Counted from the stretch's first letter, positions 19,429 to 28,933 are shown. The stretch: 64,000 nt of DNA from Roseibacillus sp. (GCA_051251855.1 JBPOGI010000001.1:1312001-1376000), one strand, 5' to 3'. Notes: a model not told the origin generated them from the letters alone. Program-made: numbers and translations.

Positions 19429-22400
19429 CAGCGGCGTTTTCCTTTCTCTTTGGTAGCTTTTCCAAGCGATTCTAGAAAATCTGCAGCCAACTCTTCTCCC
19501 CCGACATCTTTAAGTTTTTGCAAAGCTTCCTCAATCCGAGACTGAATCAAATTAATCATACCTTTCGACTCGGTCTTGCTCGGTTTTAGGGATGATACGT
19601 CCTTACCGAAGGCGAAGTCCTCTACACTGCGAATACTTTCGGATAGTGTCGTACTAAAGTTATCGACGTCCCCGTCACCCCAGCGAGAAACCGAAGAGGA
19701 TGAGAGTTTTGGTAGGTCGGAAAGTGAGTCGATGAGTTGAGCATCACCTTCATAGTCGAATTGCATTCGCATAAGGATAACGTAGTCGGGATGGCTCTTT
19801 GAAATAAACTTGCTAAAGCTCTTCGCCCAGTCGTGAGCAGCCTCGCGCGTTGTTCTTTTGTCTGAATCTGGCACCTGAAGCGCTCGCCGAAGGAACTTGG
19901 CTGCGGTCTCGCGGTATTTGACGGTCACCGATTCAATTTCGGTTTTTGCCTCCGCTACAGACTTTTGCAGCTGCGGCCCGGACTCATCCTCAAAGATTTG
20001 TGGGATTCTAGTTAAAAGCAGAAACACAGGATCGTTACTGCGAAGAAGAGCATTTCTTAGGTCTTTTGCCGGTTTGGAAAGCTGTCGCGACTCCCTAACA
20101 GCCTCCGGCAGCTGGCGAAGCCAAGCCTGCAGAGCCTCAAAAGTTTTCCTTATTAAATCGGACTCATCACCCAGATGTTTTTGTTGGCAGAACAAATGAC
20201 GTAGCTCTTCAAGGTAGCTCACAGTGTCAGAGTCCAAGGCGAGGACTTTGACTCTGAACCTCTCCGGCTGCTTGCAGATTGTTTCAATCACTGACGGCAG
20301 AACGTCTGCGATATATTCCCCGTCTTTGAGGAGGCTCGTTGAGACAGCGAATGCCTTAAGACCTGCAGCAAAAAGAATGGGAAGAACTCCTGCCCTAACT
20401 CCAAAGGGTGGTGCCTGTAAGGTATCAAACAATTCTTGGGGCGAGCGCCCTTCCGGACAAGGGTCACGAAAGAAGTCTTCAATCAATGCCCAAACTTTAG
20501 ACAATCCAGGATCTTCAATGGCTGAAGGCTTAGTAAATCCCCATCCGTCGCTGAAAGGTGCATAAAGCCCTGTGTTGAGCAGAACCGTTCTAAAGATTGC
20601 GGCGTCAGGAAAATTCCCGGTAATTCCAAGCCCTTCTTTCCCCGTTCTCTCTAAAAGTGCTAACAGAGCTTTCTTCCGAGAATTAATCATCACAGGGGTC
20701 GGCTTCTTCTTAACGATCAGCTCATTCTGAATAACAGGGGTATCAGGATAGCTTTTGCCAGTAATCGCAGACAAAAAGATTTCGAGCTGACGGACAGATT
20801 CAATTTCAAAATCTTGCCCGCAATAGACCCAATCGGTTCCACTGGCGGAAGGTACAACAAGCTTATCCACCAATTTTGTTAGGTGGAGCCGAGCATCATC
20901 AAGCATTTGCTTAATCTCGGGAAGGACAAGTGGATCTGATTCAATGAGACCCGAGTCTCTTTCCATGCTCGAAAGAGCCGCAACCTCGGTGGCAGCATCG
21001 CGGATTTGAAGAGGTTCTGAGGGAATAGCAAAGACAATCCGCTTGTTTACCGAATCCTTGGTCTTGCTCGTTAGATTGATGGCCTTCCTGGCCTGTGCGA
21101 TCTCGTCAGCGGTTTCTCCAAGGAGGTAACAGACACGACCATCCACTGTCGAATCAAGCTCGAGGACCTCCGGGCGAATCACATTGAGATGATCTAGAAA
21201 ATCCTGCGCTCGAAAGTAGACACTCTCGAAATAACGTCGTACCCCGAAGGTGTCATTGTGCTCTCGCGGCCTCCAGCAAGGAGGAAGACACTCCCGTAGG
21301 AGGAATTGATTGAGATTGAAGACGGCCGACAGCCGTTGCTTCTCGTCCTCAAGCTTTGTGCGAAGATCCAAATCGGCTCCATGCCAGATAGAGACTTCAT
21401 CAGAATGCTTTCGGTGCAGTAAAAGTTTACGCGCTACCAGATTCTCAATCGTAGTTTCGGCTTCCGCTCGCGAACCATAGGAGGCACAAGCTGATACAAC
21501 CTGGTCGAAATTTACGCGGTATCTTTGTCCAGAGCTACCTAAGCTCATTAGGCAACAGGTTTTGAGAGCTTCTTCTTCAGCTGTAGTCTGAGCCTTGGAA
21601 AGAGCGCTCTCTGTTTCTAGCCACTGCCTAAACGTCCCACCCGCCTCGGAGTCGGTTCGCATCTGGTCACTAAAGAAGTCGTAGAGAACAGACGGCGTTA
21701 TCTCTTTCTCCAAGTCCAACGTGAACAAAAAGGTGAATAGGGTTCTTTCGTTCTGTGAGACACGTGCCGCAATCTTCGGCAGGAGAGCCAATGTTGAGGG
21801 ACTCAACGGCCATGCCCTTTTGAAAATCTCAGTGAGTTCTTTAATTGAAAAATTGGTCCACATCCCCTGCGCCTTTAACGTCTTAGCGGAACTCGCAATC
21901 TTAGCTTGAGAAGGGCTCTGAAGATCTGGACTACGGGACGAAACAATCTCCCCAAGGAGCCGGTAGATTTCCTTGCTGTCTTCAATGTAGTCGAGAGTTT
22001 GGAAGCGACCTTCAATCTTCTTCCACTCTCGCTTTGCCCCCGAAGGAAGCTTCTTCCCGTAGTGCATGAATCCCTGATGAAGAAACAGACTGAGAACTGT
22101 CGGTATTTTCTTCTGACGGGATACTCTTTCAGCAAGAGTCTGGAGGTCATGAAGATTTCCAGTGAGCCCCTCCGAAACGAGATACTCGAGATGACGCCCA
22201 AACTCATCCCAGTAAATGACAACTCGATCAGCTGAGGCTTTCTCTGCTGAATCTCTTAGTGCTACCATTACATCCTCAAGTGAACTCTTCTCTGATATCT
22301 CGGCAACGGGATAAGTCGCCGATTTTTTGCCCAGCCTCTTTAAAGAAGCGATAGCCGCATTAGCGATAGCGAGCGGAAGCGATTCAATCGCGCCCTCAAG

Positions 22401-22814
22401 GGCTAGGCCAAGGCCTTGCTCGCCACTTTCGATCCTTTGAATTGCAGCTTTTGAACTCGCAGCACTCACTTCACTCATTCTGCTCGCAATCTCAGAAAGA
22501 ATGGTTGCTCCCTTTCCCCGGTTCTCCACAAGTTGCAAGGCAAAGGTCGATGCTAGGCTCTTACCGGAACCGTATGGTGCGGTAACAAGAAACTCTCGTC
22601 CTTCCGTCTGACCTAGAAGCTTCTCAATGAGATCGACTGATTTTGCAGTTGGAAAAAAATGCGCAATTCTACCTGCGTCTCCTGCATCAAGAGCGACGTT
22701 TATAGACCGAAGGAAACGCTCTTGGGTTATCCGACTTTCTGGAGCTTTTTGTCTAGTTTTTGCCGCCATGATTTTAGCTTTGATTGTTCGTTCGATAGTG
22801 ACAATTTCAGCCAC
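19428..22814 (-). CDS. sspC: Large P-loop ATPase, SspC-like
   Basis: RFLRSINV, Walker A APYGSGKS, Walker B IYWDEFGRHLE, QNERTLFTFL, APPFGVRAG. It sits between DUF4007 and the PAPS reductase. The real start may be the ATG at 22769. Confidence 0.78.
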   Translation of the reverse strand: MAEIVTIERTIKAKIMAAKTRQKAPESRITQERFLRSINVALDAGDAGRIAHFFPTAKSVDLIEKLLGQTEGREFLVTAPYGSGKSLASTFALQLVENRGKGATILSEIASRMSEVSAASSKAAIQRIESGEQGLGLALEGAIESLPLAIANAAIASLKRLGKKSATYPVAEISEKSSLEDVMVALRDSAEKASADRVVIYWDEFGRHLEYLVSEGLTGNLHDLQTLAERVSRQKKIPTVLSLFLHQGFMHYGKKLPSGAKREWKKIEGRFQTLDYIEDSKEIYRLLGEIVSSRSPDLQSPSQAKIASSAKTLKAQGMWTNFSIKELTEIFKRAWPLSPSTLALLPKIAARVSQNERTLFTFLFTLDLEKEITPSVLYDFFSDQMRTDSEAGGTFRQWLETESALSKAQTTAEEEALKTCCLMSLGSSGQRYRVNFDQVVSACASYGSRAEAETTIENLVARKLLLHRKHSDEVSIWHGADLDLRTKLEDEKQRLSAVFNLNQFLLRECLPPCWRPREHNDTFGVRRYFESVYFRAQDFLDHLNVIRPEVLELDSTVDGRVCYLLGETADEIAQARKAINLTSKTKDSVNKRIVFAIPSEPLQIRDAATEVAALSSMERDSGLIESDPLVLPEIKQMLDDARLHLTKLVDKLVVPSASGTDWVYCGQDFEIESVRQLEIFLSAITGKSYPDTPVIQNELIVKKKPTPVMINSRKKALLALLERTGKEGLGITGNFPDAAIFRTVLLNTGLYAPFSDGWGFTKPSAIEDPGLSKVWALIEDFFRDPCPEGRSPQELFDTLQAPPFGVRAGVLPILFAAGLKAFAVSTSLLKDGEYIADVLPSVIETICKQPERFRVKVLALDSDTVSYLEELRHLFCQQKHLGDESDLIRKTFEALQAWLRQLPEAVRESRQLSKPAKDLRNALLRSNDPVFLLLTRIPQIFEDESGPQLQKSVAEAKTEIESVTVKYRETAAKFLRRALQVPDSDKRTTREAAHDWAKSFSKFISKSHPDYVILMRMQFDYEGDAQLIDSLSDLPKLSSSSVSRWGDGDVDNFSTTLSESIRSVEDFAFGKDVSSLKPSKTESKGMINLIQSRIEEALQKLKDVGGEELAADFLESLGKATKEKGKRR

Positions 22815-23683
22815 TCCTCTTTTGGTGCGTTCTTGATTTCGACCATTCGGTTACCCGCCATCCCGCGAACTCTGATCCACTCTTCACCCAATTCCTGCTC
22901 TGCCTTGAGAGCATAATCGTAGAGTTCTTCTGGACGCATCAGCAGAGCGCGTCCCGGGCCCGAACGACGTGACACGGCGTCCCCAATCGAGAGGGAAACG
23001 TAATCTTTGTCGTCCTCCGAAGAATCCTTAGCCCCACTTGCCATTACGCTGTAACCCAGCATGGTAGACGGAATCGACTTCATCCCGAATTGGGGAATAT
23101 AAAAACCCGACTCTCTCGAAAAAGTAAGTAAACCAAGACGAAGAAATGGGCAGTCTTTGGTATCCTCCGGTGTCAGGTCGAGCCGAGGTATCGTCTGGGC
23201 ATAACTGGCTAGAATCACTGAAACGTCCTTCTCTAGAGTCTTTTGTGCCGGACATCTGAAGCTCGGATTGTATTCGAGACTTCGTTTTAAGCTCTCCACG
23301 CAATAGGCCTTTTCAAAACGATTCGCTTTAAAGTCGTTGAAAAACCAGTTCCAAGCGAAGGCAAAGTTGGAGTTGTTTACCAGATTCACATGCAAGGCCC
23401 ACCAAGTCGCCTCTGATTGAAAGTAAGGATCAAATTCCTGAATCACTTTCGCAAGCTCACTTCTCTCGGTGACCTTCCCGCTTTCAGCTTCGAGAATTCC
23501 ATTCGTTAGCATTGTTGCGCTTAGCCAATGCCGAATCGATTTAATCATATTGCTACCGACACCAAGGATGTCAGCGGCCTCAGGAGACAAGAGCCCTTCT
23601 TCTCCAGGAACGTCGCAGATAGAGAGCCCCTTACGAAGCCACCCGTCCCTCAAATGGAATGTTTCGTGTCCTGCAAATTTCAT
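22727..23683 (-). CDS. sspB: DUF4007 protein, SspB-like nickase
   Basis: MKFAGHETFHLRDGWLRKG...LGVGSNMIKSIRHWL...FDPYFQSEATWWALH is the DUF4007 signature. Confidence 0.88.
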   Translation of the reverse strand: MKFAGHETFHLRDGWLRKGLSICDVPGEEGLLSPEAADILGVGSNMIKSIRHWLSATMLTNGILEAESGKVTERSELAKVIQEFDPYFQSEATWWALHVNLVNNSNFAFAWNWFFNDFKANRFEKAYCVESLKRSLEYNPSFRCPAQKTLEKDVSVILASYAQTIPRLDLTPEDTKDCPFLRLGLLTFSRESGFYIPQFGMKSIPSTMLGYSVMASGAKDSSEDDKDYVSLSIGDAVSRRSGPGRALLMRPEELYDYALKAEQELGEEWIRVRGMAGNRMVEIKNAPKEEWLKLSLSNEQSKLKSWRQKLDKKLQKVG

Positions 23684-24804
23684 GATACGAGAAGTTGTGA
23701 TTGCCGAAGCAGTTGAGTGAAGCTCGAGCCAATTCTGTTCACGGCGAGATCAACTTCCTCCGGTGAGTTGTAAATTGAAAAAGAAAACCTTATACTCGAA
23801 CGCGCGACTTCCTCAGAAACCCCCATGGCAGTGAGCACATAGGAGGGTTCGGGACGTCCAGTAATGCAAGCTGACACCTGAGAACAGATCACTCCTACAA
23901 GATCGAGTTTTGCGACAAGAGCGGCACCATCGACTCCCTCGAATTGAATGTTGGTAGTATTGGGGATACGCGGGCTTGTTGCTCCATTAATTCTCAATTC
24001 GGAATGAGATGAAAGAAGCTTGGATTCAAATTTGTTCCGTAATGACTCGAGGTATGCTGCGTTATTTCGTTCCGAAGCGAGGCGCTCCTGAACCACTGCT
24101 CCAAATGCAATAATCCCAGGTGAGTTCGGAGTATGTATATTTGAAAATAGAGTCTCGAAGTCACCCTGACTGTCTCCCACTAGGATTACCCCTACTCCTT
24201 GCGGTCCATGCATTTTGTGTGCGGTGAAGGTCATGAAGTCAATTCGTCCGACAAGGTCGGGATCAATTTCAATCTTCCCTACTACCTGGGCAGCGTCGAC
24301 ATGAAGAGTCGCGCCATGAAGCTTGCAAATTTCGACAATTTCGCAGATGGGCTGAAGTACCCCGGTCTCACTGTTAGCCCACTGAATCGAAACGGCTCGA
24401 CACTCGTTCTTCTCGAGCTTGAGTTTAAATGCCCCTAAATCGATCAGCCCGTTAGATTCCACAGGGAGAGAAAAAACCTTCTTGGACCGAATGCCTGAGT
24501 AGGCTTCAACTACAGAAGAATGTTCGGTTTCAAGAAAAGCCAAAACCTCACACTCCTTTGCCATGTGCTCTATGACCTTTCGATTTGCCTCTGCCCCCCC
24601 CGAAGTAAATCCAACGGACATTTCGTTGTCGGTTCCAAGAAATCTCGCAACACGATAAGCGGTTTGATTGATTGCACTGCGTGCGGATTCACCCACTCCG
24701 TGAATATTCGAAGGATTTCCCCACAACTCTCCAAGAGCGCGGTTCATCTCTTGAACAGCAACCCTCGACGGCATTGTTGTGCTATTATTGTCTAAGTAGA
24801 TCAT
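23680..24804 (-). CDS. sspA: Cysteine desulfurase (IscS/DndA/SspA-like)
   Basis: IYLDNNSTT, HVDAAQ, PLP lysine in TAHKMHGPQGVG, catalytic Cys in SAC. It is translationally coupled to the DUF4007 gene. Confidence 0.88.
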   Translation of the reverse strand: MIYLDNNSTTMPSRVAVQEMNRALGELWGNPSNIHGVGESARSAINQTAYRVARFLGTDNEMSVGFTSGGAEANRKVIEHMAKECEVLAFLETEHSSVVEAYSGIRSKKVFSLPVESNGLIDLGAFKLKLEKNECRAVSIQWANSETGVLQPICEIVEICKLHGATLHVDAAQVVGKIEIDPDLVGRIDFMTFTAHKMHGPQGVGVILVGDSQGDFETLFSNIHTPNSPGIIAFGAVVQERLASERNNAAYLESLRNKFESKLLSSHSELRINGATSPRIPNTTNIQFEGVDGAALVAKLDLVGVICSQVSACITGRPEPSYVLTAMGVSEEVARSSIRFSFSIYNSPEEVDLAVNRIGSSFTQLLRQSQLLVS

Positions 24805-25040
24805 AGGGAAGGATCTCCTCTCATCTTTGAATGTGGGGAATCAAATCCATCTTTGGATTGAAGATTTGTAGCCTGACTAGCAAACAACGACGGCTGCTTT
24901 TTATCTTCAACGTAACCGGTTGCTTTCTCAAGGAACCACGCCTTCAGATTGGTCTCATCTTCACGAAGAGCCGAATAAAGTTCATTTTTGAACTCCGGTT
25001 CTAAATCGATCACTATCCTTCCTGAATCACTCCGTGGCAC
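24801..25040 (-). CDS. Small putative ribbon-helix-helix regulator
   Basis: SGRIVIDLEPEFKNELYSALREDETNLKAWFLEKA shows a strand-helix-helix pattern. A GTG start at 25040 is assumed (alternative ATG at 25058). It overlaps the desulfurase start. Confidence 0.55.
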   Translation of the reverse strand: MPRSDSGRIVIDLEPEFKNELYSALREDETNLKAWFLEKATGYVEDKKQPSLFASQATNLQSKDGFDSPHSKMRGDPSL

Positions 25041-25041
25041 C

Positions 25042-25065
25042 CATGTAACATGGCTCATGTAACAT
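25042..25065. promoter_or_regulatory. Tandem CATGTAACAT direct repeat, candidate operator
   Basis: An exact 10-mer at 25042-25051 and 25056-25065, each copy nearly palindromic, immediately upstream of the small regulator. Confidence 0.5.
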
Positions 25066-25093
25066 CGCTCTTGAAAGAAAAATCTCTCAGCTC

Positions 25094-27115
25094 CTAGAGC
25101 TTTTTCAACCCGTAGCTGTAACCCATTTGTTTTAAAGCCTTTGTTAATTGCTCCTTTGTCGGACCGAACCTGCCGACTTGCTCTTCGTTGAGACCCAAAC
25201 GCGCGAGTCTACGTGAAAATGTCTCGGCCTTCGCTCGCAGTGGAGAATCTTTCGCGACCAGGCGTTCTTTAAAGTAAAGAAGCTGTGTTTTGTCGCTCTC
25301 GGCGTCAAAAACCCTGATAAAAAGGCGACGAAGGTCGATTTTGATCCGAGTCTTCATTTCAGGCAGGTTGAATCGCTCAAAACCCTTGTAGGTTTGGAGA
25401 GTCAACTTTCCCGATGTCGTGTGAATTTTAAACACATCGATATCGCTGAGATCTCCATAAAGCATCCCTCCACATCCCACATAAACTCGCAGCAAGGCGG
25501 GCAATTTATCGAGTAGAGAGTGATGAAAAAGGAAGTGTCCTTCATCATCATCATAATAGCCGAAATTCAAGTTTTCGACAGCAATCTCCAGCTCCATAGG
25601 ATCGCCTGCTGAAAAAAGGAGGTCTCTTGCTTGGTCACAGGCCTCCGAATAGCTCGGGAAGAAGGCCTTGATATCCCGTCTCAACCCCGGAGAAAGTTTA
25701 GCAATCGGAGTTCTTCTCTTTTTGAACTCCTCCTCGGCTAAATAAACCAAAAGATCTTCGACTCTTCTCGCTCGGCGTTCCTCGATGACTTCGAAACCAT
25801 ATTTGTCCTCGAATAATGCAGCCGCACGAGGAATGGATTTGCAAACTTTGCGAACTTCGTCAGTCCGCTCATACTCATCGCGGTGGGGTAGACGCGCCAA
25901 CTCGAGGTAGCTTTTCCAGAAATCATCGAGAAGCTCTTTATTCTTCTCGTAGGTCGAAAGACGCGGTTTGCGCTCTTTTGGACTAGGAGCACCAAACCCC
26001 AAGCGGGTTGCTAAGGCATCCCAATCTATCACACGACGACTACGTTTTGCCAGATAATCTTGCTGGTCTTCATTATTGCGAAAAACAAAAAAGACACCGG
26101 GAGCGGCAGCCACTGCATCTTTATGCAAGGCTGTTTCAATAAACGCTTGAAGCTCGGCCTGCTCGAAATACTTCTGGAACGTATTCGAGTTGGTTATCAC
26201 TCCGTCACCGTAAGACTTCGCATTGGCGTAGGAGTCTCCGCCCCTCACCATCGCAGAGACAACAAGAAGTCGTTCAGTGAAATCCCATGCCTTAAAAAGA
26301 GTTTCTACCCTTTCAGCAGGATCTTCGATTACGTTGATAACGTAGCCTAAATTCACGAAGTCTGCCTTCCTAAGCTCTCCTTCCGGACGATGAACTGGAT
26401 CCCAGGCAGCAACGTTATGACCAAGATTCTCTAGCCCTTTCACATCGGCGCCATGTCCGCACCCGTAGTCAAGGACAGTGGATTTGTTTTGTAAAAACTC
26501 GGACTGCAGAAGCATTTTAATCGGCTTCGAAAAGTCATAGCGAATCATCGCAGTTTTGTGCCTGTCTACCTCAATATCCGGCGACGCCTTCTCACCCTTC
26601 TTCTCTGTATGAAGAAGCTCATGGCCTACAACAGACAAGCCTTTGGATAAAAGAAGCTCTTCCCAGTTTTTTCGAAAGCCAATTATTCGGGGATTCTCGT
26701 AAAGTCCTGCTTCTTCCTCTGCCCGTGTTAGCTGACGAAATTTCGCTGCGTCTGGATGACCTTGAATTAGAAACTCTTCCTTACGGTGAAGAAGGGGAGG
26801 ATTGCCACGTTGATCGAAACTAGCGGTCTTAGCTTTACCTGTGGCTAGGTCGACAAGAATCGACTTCAGGAGAACAGGATGAGCGATATCGAAAAACTCA
26901 GGATACGCTAAAAGACTGACCTTGAACTGGGCCTTGTGAAGCTTGAGAACATTAAACTCATCCTCCACTGAGAGCATTTGTACAACCTTGGTGACTAGAT
27001 CTTTCAGCTCTTCACCTAGTTCCTCGATACCCTCACGGTGAACGTAGACCGCATCAGGCAATTTCTTCCCAAACCCCAGGTTTCCTAAAACCTTTTTATA
27101 TTCGAGGAACGTCAT
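25094..27115 (-). CDS. DNA phosphorothioation-associated putative methyltransferase (TIGR04096-like)
   Basis: GKKLPDAVYVH, NPPLLHRKE, RHKTAMIRYDFSKP, VLDYGCGHGADV, WDP, VNLGYVINVIEDPAER, TFQKYFEQ. Confidence 0.88.
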   Translation of the reverse strand: MTFLEYKKVLGNLGFGKKLPDAVYVHREGIEELGEELKDLVTKVVQMLSVEDEFNVLKLHKAQFKVSLLAYPEFFDIAHPVLLKSILVDLATGKAKTASFDQRGNPPLLHRKEEFLIQGHPDAAKFRQLTRAEEEAGLYENPRIIGFRKNWEELLLSKGLSVVGHELLHTEKKGEKASPDIEVDRHKTAMIRYDFSKPIKMLLQSEFLQNKSTVLDYGCGHGADVKGLENLGHNVAAWDPVHRPEGELRKADFVNLGYVINVIEDPAERVETLFKAWDFTERLLVVSAMVRGGDSYANAKSYGDGVITNSNTFQKYFEQAELQAFIETALHKDAVAAAPGVFFVFRNNEDQQDYLAKRSRRVIDWDALATRLGFGAPSPKERKPRLSTYEKNKELLDDFWKSYLELARLPHRDEYERTDEVRKVCKSIPRAAALFEDKYGFEVIEERRARRVEDLLVYLAEEEFKKRRTPIAKLSPGLRRDIKAFFPSYSEACDQARDLLFSAGDPMELEIAVENLNFGYYDDDEGHFLFHHSLLDKLPALLRVYVGCGGMLYGDLSDIDVFKIHTTSGKLTLQTYKGFERFNLPEMKTRIKIDLRRLFIRVFDAESDKTQLLYFKERLVAKDSPLRAKAETFSRRLARLGLNEEQVGRFGPTKEQLTKALKQMGYSYGLKKL

Positions 27116-27422
27116 CGGGGACCTTATGTCAAAGACAATTCAATTCTCAAGGAGGAAAGCCCCAACGCCCTGACAGAAAATAAAATATGACTGATAGCGA
27201 GAACCCTGAGACTATTCCAAGCCGCACTTCTTCAAGTGCCCCCCCTTTTGATGCCCGACGCTCTAACGGTGAAGCCGAGCTCCTCAGCCTGTCTGAACAG
27301 CCTCTGCTACCGCCGAACGAAGAGGCCTATTCACCAGATCCCGCTGCTCTTGAGTGGCGGTCGCAGCAACTACTGACTGGATAAAGGTGCCGCTGCACCC
27401 TCCTCTTGCTCTCGCTCATTTG

Positions 27423-27545
27423 ACAGACGTATTATAATCTGTCCTCACAGTAAAAGTAGAGCCCCAAAAAACAAAAGTTACAGGATGAGGTTAAACTGTC
27501 TTTTCATTTTATCTTGACACTTTGTAATGTGCGGGGTAGGGTGAT
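27423..27545 (+). promoter_or_regulatory. Promoter region with two ACAG-N12-CTGT palindromes and a TTGACA -35 box
   Basis: ACAG-N12-CTGT at 27423-27442 and 27480-27499. TTGACA at 27514-27519 with TAGGGT about 18 bp downstream. Confidence 0.5.
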
Positions 27546-27548
27546 GCT

Positions 27549-27998
27549 GTGCCGATTCCCCCTTCTTCTCCTGAACACGCCCTCCGCGTTCCACAAAAAC
27601 TCTCCTCAATTCTCTCGAACGCGCGGTATGCGCATCACCCCTTTCGCCGGGGTCAACTTCAGGAATTTGTCCAAATCGTTCCTGAGCTGACTTCGTTGCC
27701 CGAGCCCTCTTTTTCGAGTGCCCTGCGCCAAATCGAGCATCTTGTTCAGGAGCACGGAAACACCTGCTCCGGTTGCTATGGCAACGGACTCGCCTATCTC
27801 GTTCAACTCATTTGGAGCCGCCCTCACGAGGCTCACTACTGGCCTCACTATCTTGAACTTTGGGAGACCTACGTTCACCGCCGATCCTCTGGCCAAGAAG
27901 AGCGCCAAGCCCGGTTAGAGAGGATGGATCAACTCTTCTCGGATGCCGAGTCTCAGTCCCACTCTTCTCGAAACGAGCCCAGCCTGATCAGCCTCTAG
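27549..27998 (+). CDS. Hypothetical protein
   Basis: 149-aa ORF, first of a tightly packed plus-strand operon. Confidence 0.55.
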   Translation: MPIPPSSPEHALRVPQKLSSILSNARYAHHPFRRGQLQEFVQIVPELTSLPEPSFSSALRQIEHLVQEHGNTCSGCYGNGLAYLVQLIWSRPHEAHYWPHYLELWETYVHRRSSGQEERQARLERMDQLFSDAESQSHSSRNEPSLISL

Positions 27999-28008
27999 CA
28001 CCACGACC

Positions 28009-28500
28009 ATGATCTCCCTCCTTCTCTTCCTCGATATCGATGGCGTTCTCAACAAGGCTGGCTGCTTGACTAACGAGCCTCACTTTGAGCCCTCCTGCGT
28101 CGCGGCCCTCAAGCGGCTCATCAAGTTTCCAGACACCCGTATTGTGATGACGACCAGTTGGCGTCGAGGAATCTCCACGGAGAGCTTTGGCGAGCTTCTC
28201 GCCGAGCAAGGCATTGACAGCCCTGTCATCGGGAAGACTCCCTACCTCACTACTCGCTGGGACGAACAGGAAGACACCGGTCGAGGCCATGAGATCCAAG
28301 CATGGCTCGAAGAGAATCCCCTCCCTCCTTTTGATCCAGCCAGAGAGGATGCCATCCTCATCCTTGAAGACCAAGAAGACCTCGGCCCCGTTCGCAACCG
28401 TGCTTACTACACCAATCCCGATACCGGACTCACCGCCAGCGACATTCCAAAGATCGCCCGACTCCTCTCATCCCAATATTCTCAGAATTTCTATGCCTAA
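28009..28500 (+). CDS. HAD-superfamily protein (Swiss-Army-knife RNA-repair-like HAD domain)
   Basis: LFLDIDGVLN, IVMTTSWR, IGKTP, RGHEIQAWL, ILILEDQED. Confidence 0.82.
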   Translation: MISLLLFLDIDGVLNKAGCLTNEPHFEPSCVAALKRLIKFPDTRIVMTTSWRRGISTESFGELLAEQGIDSPVIGKTPYLTTRWDEQEDTGRGHEIQAWLEENPLPPFDPAREDAILILEDQEDLGPVRNRAYYTNPDTGLTASDIPKIARLLSSQYSQNFYA

Positions 28501-28933
28501 CAACTCTGATACCACCAGCGACTTCTCCGAGAAGTTCCATCCGCTCTCCCGTGAAGAGAAAAAAGCCGTTCCCCTTCCTCCTCTCATCGAATTTACAGGT
28601 CGCGATTCTTCTCACGGTAAACTCCACCGCCTTCATTACAAACTGATGCGCGGCCGCAGAAACATCACCTGCATGGGTCTCCACCCCAACGAAGCACCGG
28701 GAGTTGGCAAATTCATTGTCCCCAGAAAAACCATTCGACAACGCTGCCTCATCAACAGCGCAAGAGCGAACAACCTGACCCACGAACTCACCTGCAGCCA
28801 AAAGGGCTGCCACAATGCACCCGAGGGTCAGTGGCTGCTCAAGACCATCTCCGATTCTTCTCTCCTTCCACTCGATGCGGGCAGCGAATCATCCACCTAC
28901 ACCAATGCGCGACATGAACTCAAACACCTCTGA
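28493..28933 (+). CDS. Hypothetical protein
   Basis: The ATG overlaps the HAD stop (MPNNSDTT...). This is the 3' part of the track ORF 28187..28933. Confidence 0.5.
   Translation: MPNNSDTTSDFSEKFHPLSREEKKAVPLPPLIEFTGRDSSHGKLHRLHYKLMRGRRNITCMGLHPNEAPGVGKFIVPRKTIRQRCLINSARANNLTHELTCSQKGCHNAPEGQWLLKTISDSSLLPLDAGSESSTYTNARHELKHL

Noticed and set aside
18610..24804. Calling the locus dndABCDE, BREX type 4 or sulfate assimilation cysH
   Set aside because: DUF4007 plus a large ATPase plus a short PAPS reductase fits Ssp. No DndB/DndE, PglZ/BrxL or cys pathway genes are present.
27187..27384. 65-aa ORF upstream of the methyltransferase
   Set aside because: Short, low-complexity and without motifs; cannot be supported.
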